This document shows, piece by piece, positions 38,939 to 51,489 of a DNA stretch of 64,000 nucleotides (its first letter is position 1; the number at the start of each line of letters is the position of its first letter). Source of the DNA: Lama guanicoe (lineage: Eukaryota); the NCBI GenBank assembly GCA_013239625.1, contig MU053166.1, forward strand, positions 62,001-126,000, written 5' to 3'. The notes below the pieces were generated by a model. The model searched no databases, was not told where the DNA came from, and saw only the letters and a program-made list of their open reading frames with translations. The translations under genes were made by a program, and so were the position numbers.

Positions 38939-41129
38939 CCTAAGGTTTCTATTGAGATAGAATTTTGGACTAAGGAACTAAAATTTCTATTTTCAAATGT
39001 TCATAAAACCACGAGTATCACTGTTGAATCTGTAGCTATGAAATCTCTTCCTCTTTTATTTAGACTTTTCTACTTGTGAAAATTACACTCTATGAGGCTT
39101 AATATCTAAGTTGAGCTTATATGGGGTGTTTGTGAGTTCAATGGGAAGAAAATATCTTGAAATGGGAAGGATGACAAAAATGGAATGACCAATGAGTGGC
39201 AAGAATGGTGCTCTTTAACTGTACTGGGAAGTCTGTCTCTCCATTTCCTCTTTAAGACTTCCAGCTGTCCTGTAATATTTTATATACAGGTTATGATTCC
39301 AGGTTTGGTAGAGTAAAAGTAAACTTGTAGGTTCTTGGATTCTGCTGTTTCTGAATAATCATACAAAGGCAAAATAATGACTCATTTGAGAAGACCAGAA
39401 ATATGGAGGATATATTTGAGACCCCATGGAATATAAAGGGAGTCAGTAATTCCTGGAGTCCTGTGTATTGGGTCTTGATAAACAGTGAGGCGTAGTGAGG
39501 CCTTTTGCTACGTCTGTTGTGTGTACATTGGGCCCTTGCAGCAAACATCCCAGACACAGCAGACACAGAGCTCTTTCAGAAAATGCTGATGATTGAGAAA
39601 TGGTGCTTAGGAAAAGGAGAGGGAAGCATCCTTTAATACTAGAATCACGCAACTTGAAAGACATCTTCTCTACCAAGAAAATAGTCCCAAAGCAGTACTT
39701 GGGGCACCCAGAATAACTCAGAATACAAAACCACTAGTTAAGCTACTGGAACTGATGTTTTAAGATATCTTATGAGTTTCAAAAGGCACAGATGTCTGAA
39801 CTTGGTGACCTTTCTGCTGTCAAACTTTGATGAAATACAAGGCAAATAAGATGGTTAGACGATGATGAACTAATAATCACTCAAATCTCATTAAAAAAAA
39901 CAATTAAAGGAGTATGTTCATGCAGGCAAATATCTAAGTTTTCTCCATCCACTTACTGGGTTAAACTAGACAGGTTGCAGGTCCAGAAAACACACGATTA
40001 AAGACGACCCCAGTGAACTGCACCTAGGTGAATTAAAAGCCAGAGATAACAGGGCTAAGTGTCCTCAGTATCACAAGGAAGTGCAGCATCTGAGAGGGTT
40101 GAATCTGGGTTTTATTGGAGAGAAAATTATTATCACAGAATACTCCATGAAACTTCCCTATGACCTGGAATTGATTCAGGGAACCTTAAACTGATGACAA
40201 AAACATTTCAGACCTTTCAACCTCCCTATATTCTAAAGGAAGTCCAGAATAATTGGGGTCCAGCATCTTCCTAAGACTTAGTCAGTCATGGTTCAATGAG
40301 TTCTACTACACAAGCTGTCCACCCCTTTCCTCTATTCCATTTATGTAATGCCTCTACAGGAAGGGTAGATATTTCAAAGAACTCTGAAGTCCTATGTAAA
40401 AGCCTAGAAGAGAATGGCACAGCTTATGCAGCCCTTTCCTGCTGACTAAGAGGTGTGTGTCCCTAATCCACAATCTGAGTGAATGTGGTTCAAAGAGAAT
40501 AATTTGTGAGACAAGGGATGTCTGGAAGAGAAGAAGATTCTGGGATTTCATTTCCCTTTTGGAAGTGTTCTTATGAAATGATTTGCTGATATGATATCGG
40601 TGCCTTTTTGAGTAGAGCAGTAAGGTGATTGGAAAAGGAGGACAGTGTGGAGAAAGGGCTGGGGGAGGAAAGAGAGCAGCCAGGTAGCGATCAGCCTCCC
40701 TCCCCTCGTGGTGTAGCAGGGACGTGTGGGGTTTGGTGGGTCTCTCGGGCACTTGGAAGGAGGTGGGCTTGAGCTGCCCCCTAGGGACCCCACTCAAGAA
40801 GGTTGCTTTCTGTGTGAATGGTTCTGCTAACAGAGGCTCAAGCTGTACAAAGAGTGGAAAGAAATTAAACTGAAACTAGATCTCCCTTCCCACAACAGGT
40901 AGGAGTAGGGGTGTTTCTGATGAAGTCCTTCAAGGAGCCCACCAGTACCTAATCCACATTTGTAACACAGAGATCATTGAGCTATAGTCAATATTTAGTC
41001 AAAGAAAGGGCAACAGCTAAAAGGGGGCTCTAAAAGCATCCTGAGATTAGAGGTCCAACCCCTCACTCCTCCAGTTTCTCTGGCAGACGTCTGGGGGAAG
41101 GGAAGAGAAAAACATTAAATACCATATAC

Positions 41130-41320
41130 ATTGGGAGTTAGAGATTTGCAAATACTAGCTACTGTATAGCACAGGGAACTCTATTCAATATCTTGTAGTA
41201 ACCTATTCTGAAAAAGAATATGACAATGAATATATGTATGTATATGTATGACTGAACTATTACGCTGTACATGAGAAATTGACACAACATTGTAAACTGA
41301 CTATGCTTCAAAAAAAAAAA
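41130..41320 (+). mobile_element. Young L1 3' end
   Basis: ttgggagttagagatttgcaaatac...ctgactatgcttcaaaaaaaaaaa. Confidence 0.85.
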
Positions 41321-41371
41321 GATAATAGATTTCAGAGCACAGGACTTGGGGTTCTGGATCCAGTATGTTCA

Positions 41372-44300
41372 TGCAGAAATTGACAAGCTGATTCAAAAAT
41401 TCATATGGAAATACACAGAATGTGGAATAGCCAAACCATCTTGAAAAAGAATAAAGTTGGAGAATTTATACCCCAGACATACTATGGACAAATGAAATAG
41501 AATTTAGTGTCCAGAAATAACCTTTACATTTCAAGTCAATATATTATGAAAAAGAGTACCAAGATAATTTGATAGATGGCATGACTGAGGCAATTTTGTA
41601 CTGATCAGGTAGCCTGGGGCAGCCGTGACCTAGACACAGGGAGAACGGAGAAAACTGGAGCCTTTACACAAATGGTGCTGGTACAAATAGATATCCATAT
41701 ATAAAAGAATCAAGTTGAAACTTTAACCCACACCATACACAAAAGTTACCTCAAAATAGATCAAATATCTAACTATGAGTTGAAAATATTAAACTCAGCA
41801 CAGGAATATATTGGATACCTTGTAATAATCTAAAAAGAGCATGAAAAAAAAATATATATAGATGTGTAACTGAATCACTATGCTGTACACCAGAAATTAA
41901 CACAGCATTGTAAATGGACTATACTTCAATAAAAAATATTAAACTTTTAAAACAGAATATAGAAGTGAATCTTCATAACCTTGGGTGAGGCAGTGATTCC
42001 TTAGACATGATACTGAAGCACAAACAACCAAAGAAAAATAGATAAATTGACATTATCAAAATTTAAAGATTTAAACATAAGACAAGATATAATAAACCTC
42101 CTAGAAGAAAATATAGGCTAAACATTATCTCACATCTCAAAAATGTTCTTCTAGTGCAGTCTACCCAAGTAATAGAAATAAAAGCAAGAATAAACAAATG
42201 GGACCTAATGAAACTTATAAGCTTTTACACAGCAAAAGAAAACATAAGCAAAACAAAAAGACAACCTACAGAATGGGAGAAAAGTTTTGCAAAAGATGAA
42301 ATTGACAAAAGCTTGATCTCCAGAATACATAAGCAACTCATACAACTTGATAAGGAAAAAACAAACAACCCAATCCAAAAATGGGCAGAAGACCTGAACA
42401 AGCAATTCTCCAAGGAAGAAATACAAATGATCATTAAGCACATGAAAAAATGCTCCATATCACTAATTATCAGAGCAGAGCAAATCAAAACTACAATGAC
42501 CCTGGCAGTTTAGGTGGCAATAAACTCTCTGCAGTGCTCAGAAGCTTCTGCGTTTCCCTTCCCAAATTTCTTTCTCCAAATAATATTTTCTGCTTACTGG
42601 AGCTGATCCCCATCGGTTATCCAGTCTACAATGTTTATGATGTCAACAGGTTATCTCAAGTTTCATAGAGAATGTATAAAGGAATGTTCAGCTATCAAAT
42701 CCAAGCTGGTTCTTTTGCTGAAATTGATAAGCTCAAAAATTCATATGGAAATACACAGAATGTGGACTAGCCAAACCATCTTGAAAAAGAATAAAGTTGG
42801 AGGATTTATACCCCAGACATACTATGGACAAATGAAATAGAATTCAGTGTCTAGAAATAACCTTTACATTTCAAGTCAATATATTATGAAAAAGAGTACC
42901 AAGGTAATTTGTTTGAGGAGTAGTCTTTTCCACAAATGGTGCTGGCACAAATAGATATCAATATATAAAAGAATCAAGTTGGAACTTTAACTCACACTGT
43001 ACACAAAAGTTACCTTAAAATAGATCAAATACCTAAATATGAGTTGAAAATATTAAACTCAGCACAGGGATATACTGGATACCTTGTAATCTAAAAAGAG
43101 TATGAAAAAGAATTTATATATAGATGTGTAACTGAATCACTATGCTGTACACCAGAAATTAACACAGCATTATAAATGGACTATACTTCAATAAAAATAC
43201 TAAACTTTTAAAAGAGAATATAGAAGTGAATCTTCACCACCTTGGGTGAGGCAGTGATTCCTTAGACATGATACCAAAAGCACAAGCAACCAAAGAAAAA
43301 TAAATAAATTGGCATTATCAAAATCTAAAGATTTAAACATAAGACAAGGTATAATAAACCTCCTAGAAGAAAATATAGGCTAAACATTATCTCACATACA
43401 TGTCAAAAATGTTCTCCTAGGGAAGTCTACCCAAGCAATAGAAATAAAAGCAAGAATAAACAAATGGGACCTAATGAAACTTAAAGGCTTTTACACAGCA
43501 AAAGAAACCATAAGAAAAACAAAACAACAACCTACGGAATGGGAGAAAAGTTTTGCAAAAGATGAAACTGACAAAGGCTTGATCTCCAGAATACATAAGC
43601 AGCTCTTACAACTTAATAAGAAAAAAACAAACAACCCAATTCAAAAATGGGCAGAAGACCTAAACCAGCAATTCTCCAAGGAAGACATACAAATGATCAA
43701 TAGGCACATGAAAAAATACTCTATATCACTAATTATCAGAGAAAAAATAAGCACAGAAAAAATGTACTCAAAACCATTAATCATTAGAAATAAAAATCAA
43801 AACCACAATGGAGTGCCACTTACACTCAGTAAATGGCTAAAGTGGAAAAGACAGTAAGGGTTGGTGAGGATGTGGCAAAATTGGAACCTTCCTGCATTGT
43901 TAATGGGGATGTAAAATGGTGTAGTGGCTTTGGAAAACAGTTTGGCCGTTCCTCCAAATGTTAATTATAATATTACTGGATGACCTAGCAATTCTCCTGC
44001 TGGGTATAGTCACAAGAAAACTGACAATGTGTGTGCACATAAAAGTTTGTACATGGATGTTCATAGCATCGTTATTTATAAGGGGAAACAAACCAAATAC
44101 CACTAACTGAAGGATGGATTTTAAAATGTAGAAATCCCTACAGTGAAACATTTTCTCAGCCATCCATAAAAAGGAAAGAAGTACAGTGCATGCAACAACA
44201 TGGATGAATGGTGAAAATATTACGTTAAGTGAACAAATCTAGTCAGGAAAGACCTCAACTGTGTGATTACCGTGATATGAAAGCTCCAGAATAGGCCATC

Positions 44301-44530
44301 GTTAGAGACGGAGAGTAGATTGGTGTTTGCCTGGGGCTTAAGGTGCTGTGAGGTGTTTGGGAGCAGCTGCTAATGGGTATTCTTTTCTAAGCGTTTCTTT
44401 TCGGGGATGGTGAGAATGTTGTAAAATTAGGTTGCAATGATGCACAGATCTGGGAATGTGCTAAACATTATTGAATTGTTAGTTTAAATGAGTAAATTTT
44501 TTTGGCCTGTGAATTTTATCTCAATAAACC
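41372..44530 (+). mobile_element. Composite L1 region (old L1 plus young L1 pieces), partly duplicated
   Basis: ORF2 remnants 42154-42513 and 43474-43857 (QPTEWEK...[11 protein letters not shown]); old L1 3' end runs to aataaa at ~44525; 41372-42470 is similar to 42716-43742. Confidence 0.88.
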
Positions 44531-44897
44531 TGTTTTGAGAAACATAATGTTTAAAGTATGTCAGAGAAATCTGAATGAGGACATGAAATCTTGGTATTTC
44601 TAAGCGATACGAAATACGAGAAAACCAGAGATCTAAAGGATTTGAGGAATACATAGTAGACTGATTGATGTTATCATTTGAGATTCCTTTAATAAGACTG
44701 ACTTATTAGAATGTGAGTAATTCCTGCTCATGGCAACTGGTTAGACTCCAGAGGTCAAAAAACACAAGTTGGCTGGATCTCTGGAGCGATCTGTGAGCAA
44801 AGAAAGCTTTGTCAGCCTGGTCAGTGAGAAGTACCATGTTGTCTGGAAATCAGTGTGATGAGGAAAAAGATGTAAAATTCTTCAGAAAACCTCTAGG

Positions 44898-45123
44898 CCA
44901 GGGATCATAGACCTTTTCTTTAAAGGGCCAGATAGTAAGTATTTCAGGTTTGCAGACTATGTGGTCACTGTCACAACCATTCAACTCTCTCCTTTTATTG
45001 AGAAAGCAGCCTCAGACAGTACATATGTGAATGGGAGGGACCATGTTCAGATTTTTTTTTTTTTTTCGGTGAAACAGAGTGATGGCTGGATTCGGCCTAT
45101 AGACCACAGAACTTGCCACCCTG
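44898..45123. mobile_element. MER58A (hAT-Charlie)
   Basis: caggg...taaagggccagatagtaagtatttcagg...aaagcagcctcagaca...ttgccaccctg. Confidence 0.8.
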
Positions 45124-46582
45124 CTCTAGAGGAAAGATGGTGGACAGAGGAGATGTGGAGTGGACAATTGTCCAGATCCAATTCTCAGATCTTCTATTTG
45201 AGGGTGAAGAGAAAGATGGAAGGTTGGTTAGGTCTGCTAACGTAACAACACATTTGACTCCTTATGAAGATACTGGGTTCCCCGGGAGCCTTGGAGTTCC
45301 TGGACCAGTCCAGTGTGTGAGAAGAGGGCTGAAGAAGCAGCTCAACCTGTTACTTTAAGTGCCCTCTGAGGAGAGATGTAATAGTTGTATAAAAGGTAGC
45401 TTTGTTTTTTATTATTTTAATTCTAATGCTTTAGTAGAAAGAAAATAAGGGGCCCTCATCAGTTAGAACATTTCCTTAAAAGGGACTATTTCTTACCTGA
45501 CAACAGATGTCCCAGTATAATGAATGACTTTATGGAAAGTTACGCCTAAATTTGTATGTGGATTATGAAATATTAAAATAAAAACTTATTCTAAAAAAAA
45601 ACCACGGAAACTTATCCTATGAGATCTTTGCATGTTTTCTGGGAACAAATGCAAGTAATCAAGTAATAGTAAGACACTAAGGAGACATTGAGACTATTCA
45701 GACATTGTCAACCAGGTAAAAATTGTATGGGAAAATTTATAGCAAGATTAACAGCAACAAAGCATAGATTTCTTCTCAAGAGTGTTTCTCTGAAGGCACG
45801 GGGGCAGGAAGAACATTTAGGAACCAAGGGCTCTAGGGGGCTGTTATTGGAGCTACACTACAGTTAATTCATCCTAGTGACTCCAGAGAATTAATTCTAC
45901 TTTGTCATCTCTCTCTCCCTCCCCCTTATATTTTTCTCCTGTTTATTAATGAATTACTGATACTAGAGTGGAGATTTCATTTATAAAGTTCCATGTTCCA
46001 GGTAACTTGTGTCATGTGGGGTCTTTATCAGTGCTCGGTCGTGAAAGCCAGAACATGAGCAGCATGAGGGCAGGATGAAGAAGTCATCTGGGACCATGCT
46101 TGGGATTCCTGGTGGCCTTGGTGAGAGAACTCTGTGTGTGTTGGTGGGAGGCCCCCAAGTTTCCCATCCCAGACCCGCTTTTAACATCACCATTTTTCCT
46201 TTCAGATAATTCTATCCCATTATAAGCTGTATCTATCTATCATTTCTGTGAGCAACAAGAGGTAAAAAGCTGAGGTGATCCATTGAAAGTGGGTAACTAG
46301 CTTTGGAATCAAGCTGTTGAGAATGAGAATTGTGAATTTGTCCTTAATTACACAACATATTATTTTACAGTGTAAGTAACCACCAGAGACTTTATTTGAG
46401 AGACAGGGATTTGGAAAAGGGCTGAGGTTGACCCTTTGAAATACTAATATATACAAATATTAACTGAATGGGGAGTACCATGGCTTTGGTTAAAAGACAG
46501 AAAGCAAAATGAAAAAGTCACTAGGCCTGATCTGTGACATCCTTTCTTTGTTCACTTAGTGCATCTGTCAGTATGTTTAGTA

Positions 46583-46907
46583 CTTTCCTAACAAGTACCC
46601 AAGACCAACCTGATGTCTGAAGAGGAGTGGAGGAGACTTGGTGTCCAACAGAGTCTAGGCTGGGTTCATGACGTGATTCATGAGTCAGAACCATACGTTC
46701 TTCTCTTTAGATGACCTCTTCCAAAAGGTCACCAAAAATGAAGTATATCTGGGGATCATCTTTTTAAATTTGAAAATCTTTTTCAAGTTTAATGTATATG
46801 TGTATATAAGGTAGTACTAGTGAATACTTAAAAATGTATAAATTGCTCATCCACACCTGTGTGTGAGCTGTATTCACAGCAACAGAGCTCAGTTAAATGC
46901 AGCTGCA
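46583..46907 (+). pseudogene. CKS2: Processed CKS2 pseudogene (5'-truncated, two in-frame stops, partial 3'UTR)
   Basis: 46583-46741 translates [50 protein letters not shown], matching CKS2 residues ~28-79 ([52 protein letters not shown]). No intron; downstream sequence resembles the CKS2 3'UTR. Confidence 0.95.
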
Positions 46908-47292
46908 TTTTTTAAAAATTGAAGTATAGTCAATTTACAATGTTGTGTCAGTTTCTGGTGTACAGCACAGTGCTTCAGTCATAGATGAACATACATATAT
47001 TCGGTTTCATGTTCTTTTCCACCATAAGTTCTTACAAGGTATTGAATATAGTTCCCTGGGCTATACAGGAGAAAGATGTGACAGTTTTATATGTATTAGT
47101 ATCTGCAAATCTCGAACTCCCGATTTATCCCTTCCCACCCCCTTTCTCCCTCTGGTAACCATAAGTTCATTTTCTAAGTCTGTGATTCTGTTTCTCTTTT
47201 GTAAATAAGTTCATTTGTTTTCTTTTTTAGATTACACATATAGGTGATATCATATGGTATTTTTCTTTCTATTTCTAGCTTACTTCACTTAG
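46908..47292 (-). mobile_element. Young L1 3' end
   Basis: ttttttaaaaattgaagtatagtc...cttacttcacttag; same family as 21001. Confidence 0.9.
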
Positions 47293-47479
47293 ATAATGCT
47301 AATTTGATTTACAAAGTGGTACTACAGCTTGAGAAGTGTGACAGTGTTCACTTCAGAATAACAATTTTTATTTCTCTTAATTCTCAAAATGATTTTTAAA
47401 GCCTAGTGGATGCTAGCACTCATTCTAGGTGTTAATTTAATATCCCTAAGAAAATTAAAAGGCTCTGTTCATATTTAGT

Positions 47480-50400
47480 TTTGATGAGATAGTTCATATA
47501 AGAAATTTTCAGCATTCTACAAAAATAAAATTGCTAGAATTAGTTAAGTGAATTTAGCTAGGCTAAAGGATTCCTTGTCAATAAACAAAACACAAAACAC
47601 AAAACAAAATAGACAGACAAAAAGTTATATATCCCTTTAACCTACAGAATTTGTTTTATCATTTCTTTTAGTGCAGATTGACAAGATGAATTATTTTACT
47701 TTTCTCCTATCTAAAAAGTATTTATTTTACCTTTACTGTTTAATACTTTCTTTTTTCTGCTCTTACAATATAGCATAATTTATATAAACAAAATTCACCC
47801 TATTCATTATGTAGTTCTGTAGTTTCGACAAATGCTTACAGTTCTATAACCACCACCACATTCAAGATACAGAACAATTTCATCACCCTGCAGAATTACC
47901 CTGTGCCCAATTGTGGTCACCTGTCCTGCCCCTCACAGTCTCTGGTAACCACTTTTTCTGTCCTATTGCTTTGCCTTTTTAAGAATGTCAAATAAATTGA
48001 ATCATGCAGTATGAGGCTTTTTAAGTCTGGCTTGTGTCACTTAGCATAATGCATTTCAGATTTATTCACGTTGTTACCATATCAATTCTTGGTTCCTCTT
48101 TAATGCAGAGAAATATGCCATTATACGCCTGTACTGCAGTTTATCCGTTACCCAGTTGACGGATGTATTGGTTGTTCCCAGTTTTTATGGGTCTTCATTT
48201 GTACCTCTGGGGAAATAGAGGTAATTTTATTTTATTTCATTTTACTTTATATATTCCCCCCAGGACCTTAAGCCTTTTATTTTCTGGAGAGATGGGGCGA
48301 CAGATTCAGGTGAGGTGTGGTGTCTTTCCAGCTGTAGTTGCTGTTCCTGGCCCAGAATCCTGCCCCACAAGGGGGGCTTTCTCAGATCTCTCATCTTGGC
48401 TCTGATCTTCCTTTTGAGCATTGGGTGAGGTCTGTGAAGAAGATCCTGCAAATGACTGAGAATATCCCTTGTGTCTGTGAGTCTTAGGGGTTCTCTTTCC
48501 TTATTAGCTCACACTCAACCTTTAGAAATTTGGTAAACATTTACCTGAATTCTTATTAGAAGTTAGTATGCAATCTGTCATCTGCCCCAGAGACACAACC
48601 ACTTAGGTCTTGCCTCTCCTTAGCTGTACTTGTCTCCCTTAGATTTTGGGGTAGTTGGTTGTACTGCAATCACAACTCTAATGGGCTCAAGAAAAGCTGT
48701 GACTTTGCAGATAATGCGGTATGTTTTTGTGTTGCTGCTGTTAGATATGTGGGAGTAATGCTCTTTCCAGCTTTCTAACATCCTAAACAGAAGACGGAAA
48801 GGACTTCACCTTTATTTTTAAAGGATGTTTTGACCAAGTGTACCCTGTTTTTCAACACTTTAAAATATGCCATTCAGTTGACTTTGACTCCCATTCTTTT
48901 TCAAAAGAAGTACGATGTACTTATTATTAGTATTTGCCTGTATGTAATGTTATCTTGTTTCACTAGTTGCCGCCAGGATTCTCATTTAATTTTTGATTTT
49001 TAGCACATTGACTAACATGGACCTATGTTTTGTTTTACTTTGTTTTATTCTGTTTGGGGTTTTTCTTTTTTATTTGTTCTGTGTGGGGTTCTCTGTGAAC
49101 TTCTAGGATATGTGGATTTTTGTTGGTCAGTCATTTTTAAGAAAAATTCTGGCCATTACCAATTTAAACATACTTCTTATCCGTTCTTTTTCCTCTTCAT
49201 CAGAAATTCAGCTTGCATGCATATTGTTTCATATTGTCCCATAGATGTCAGATATTTACTCAATTTTTTCACTAATTTTTAATATTATTAGGTGAATTTC
49301 TATTGGAGTGCCTTCTGTTTATCTGATCTTTCCTCAGTTGAGTTTGTTCTGATGTCTTTTAAAAGACTCATTTTTTTTCCCCTATTTCTTTTAGGCTCTT
49401 TTTATAGTTCATTTCTCTGTTGAAATTGTCCATCTGTTCATCATGTTACCCATATTTAACATGATAACCGTACAAAGTCCCTATCTGATCATTTTAAAGT
49501 CCTCATCTGATAAATCCAGTATCTCTGCCACATCTGAATTTTTCCTGATGACTCATTTATCTTTCGGTAATGTGTGATGTTTACCTGATGGTTTCTGCAC
49601 TTTATAATTTTTGTTGAAAGTCAGAAATTTTTCACAAAACACCAGAGACTAAAGTAAATAGTATTTATGCCCAGAAATATGAGGTTTGATAAATGGTGCA
49701 AACTCTCATTGTATCTGGGCTCCCTGGGATTCTAAATTGGCATAGTAGCCCATTTGGCCTTGAAGAATTCATTTTAGTTTCAGCTGTTTTCTTCTTATAT
49801 ACTTTTGTGGTGATGACCTAGTTTACCTACTGTTCTGCAGTAAGTGAAATAATTTATCTTCCTGTCTCTCTTAGGAGAGAATTTGAACCCTTTGGATTTC
49901 AGTTTGCCAGGTACTTTGCAATGTCAATTCTTTGATAACCGAAAAAAAATTACGATTTTGTACACTCCAGGACTTGATCTCATCATTATGGTGGAATTGA
50001 TATCTTTCTGAAATTTTCTACATCTTAAGCAGAAGCGGAAGTCTAATTAATTGTGTTTTTAAATAATAATAACTGATCACTGGAAAATGAAAATTAATAA
50101 ACACTGTCATCAATAGTAGTCTCACAATATGATTTAACAAAATATGTACTAGCTTTACAATGAAAACAAAATATTCCTGAGAGAAATTAAAGAATATACA
50201 AATTGCTAGATATACCATCTTTCTTTTTTGAAAGCTCAATATTTATAGAATTTCCACTCTGCAAAGTGATCTAAATGCAATCCCAATCCAAATTGTAAAG
50301 ATTTTTTTTTTAATTGAAGTATAGTCAGTTACAATGTGTCAGCTTCTGGTGTACAGCTAATGTCCTAGTCCTGCATATATATATATACACACACATATAT

Positions 50401-50850
50401 ATATATACACATACATACATACATATATATACATATATTCATTTTTATATTCTTTTTCATTAAAGATATTAAATATAGTACCCTGTGCTATACAGAAGAA
50501 ATTTGTTTTTTATCTATTTTTATATATAGTGGTTAACCTTTGCGAATTTCAAACTCCCAAATTTATCCCTTCCCCCCCTTTTCCCCCAGTAACCATAAAA
50601 TTGTTTACTATGTCTGTGAGTCTGTTTCAAAGACTTTGTGGTAAGAATTGAAAATCTGATTCTAAAATTTATGAAGAAATGCAAAATCTGAAAATCACTA
50701 AGGCATTCTAAAAGAACAAAAGTTAAGGGATTTATAGTACTTGATTTCAAGACTTATTTTAAAGCTCTAGTAATCAAGTGAATGTGGTGTTGTTGAAAGG
50801 GTAATCAAATAGAATAATGCATCAGAACAGAGTCTGTAAAAAGACTAGCT
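47480..50850. mobile_element. Cluster of old L1 fragments (both strands)
   Basis: Antisense 3' end ~47750-48190 (ttagcataatgcatttcagatt); sense ORF2 pieces ~50100-50850 (tacttgatttcaagacttattttaaagct); intervening sequence L1-like but less certain. Confidence 0.6.
50302..50628 (-). mobile_element. Young L1 3' end containing a (TA/CA)n microsatellite
   Basis: Poly-T, aattgaagtatagtcag...; flanks aaagatttt / aaagacttt (probable TSD). Confidence 0.85.
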
Positions 50851-50869
50851 TTATTTATCAAATCTCAAA

Positions 50870-51130
50870 TTGAAGTCACTTTCTCCCTAAAATCTTCTGT
50901 CTCCTGAGATAACAGATTCCTCGACTAAACCCTTCACTATCCTGTGTCTTTTCATCTACTTCATAGTATTCATCACAGCAATATTAAGTAATCATTTCTA
51001 TAATTATTTATTGTTAGTGTTCCCCATGAGACCATATATTTATAGCAAGAAGTATTCTCCTTTGTTCATGGCTATGTCAAGACTTAATACAGTGATTGAC
51101 ACCTATTAGTTGTATAATAAATCCAAATGA
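50870..51130 (+). mobile_element. L2 3' end remnant
   Basis: tccccatgagacc...tttgttcatggct...acagtgattgacac. Confidence 0.5.
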
Positions 51131-51489
51131 TTAAGAGATTTCAGAGTTCCATGAAGGGTGATAATTTGAGATTATACTGGTATAGAGACGATGGCTATTT
51201 GTAGACATTCTCTAAACTGCATAAAGAAGGCATGTACAGAAGACCACTGTTTTGCTGACTGGTTTTCTTTGTTGCTTCTTTTTCTAGTCGCATCTGGTCT
51301 TTAGTTGTTTTCTCTAGATTGCTGTATCAGTTGGTATCCTTAATTTCATGCAATCAGAAACAAATGTGCTTCTTTGTTAGTGATAATGTTCAGTAATTTG
51401 TCTTTTAAGAGTGAACTCTTTAGAAAGAAGCATTGGATTCCTTAACTTTTCATGAGATTGCAGTCCACCTGGTTGTTTTTTGTTTTTTG

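Noticed and set aside
40354..40797. 147-aa minus-strand ORF
   Set aside because: No recognisable motif or support.
44590..44850. Possible CR1/L3 RT remnants (also ~33240-33400 and ~39750-39900)
   Set aside because: The resemblance is too faint to support without a profile search.
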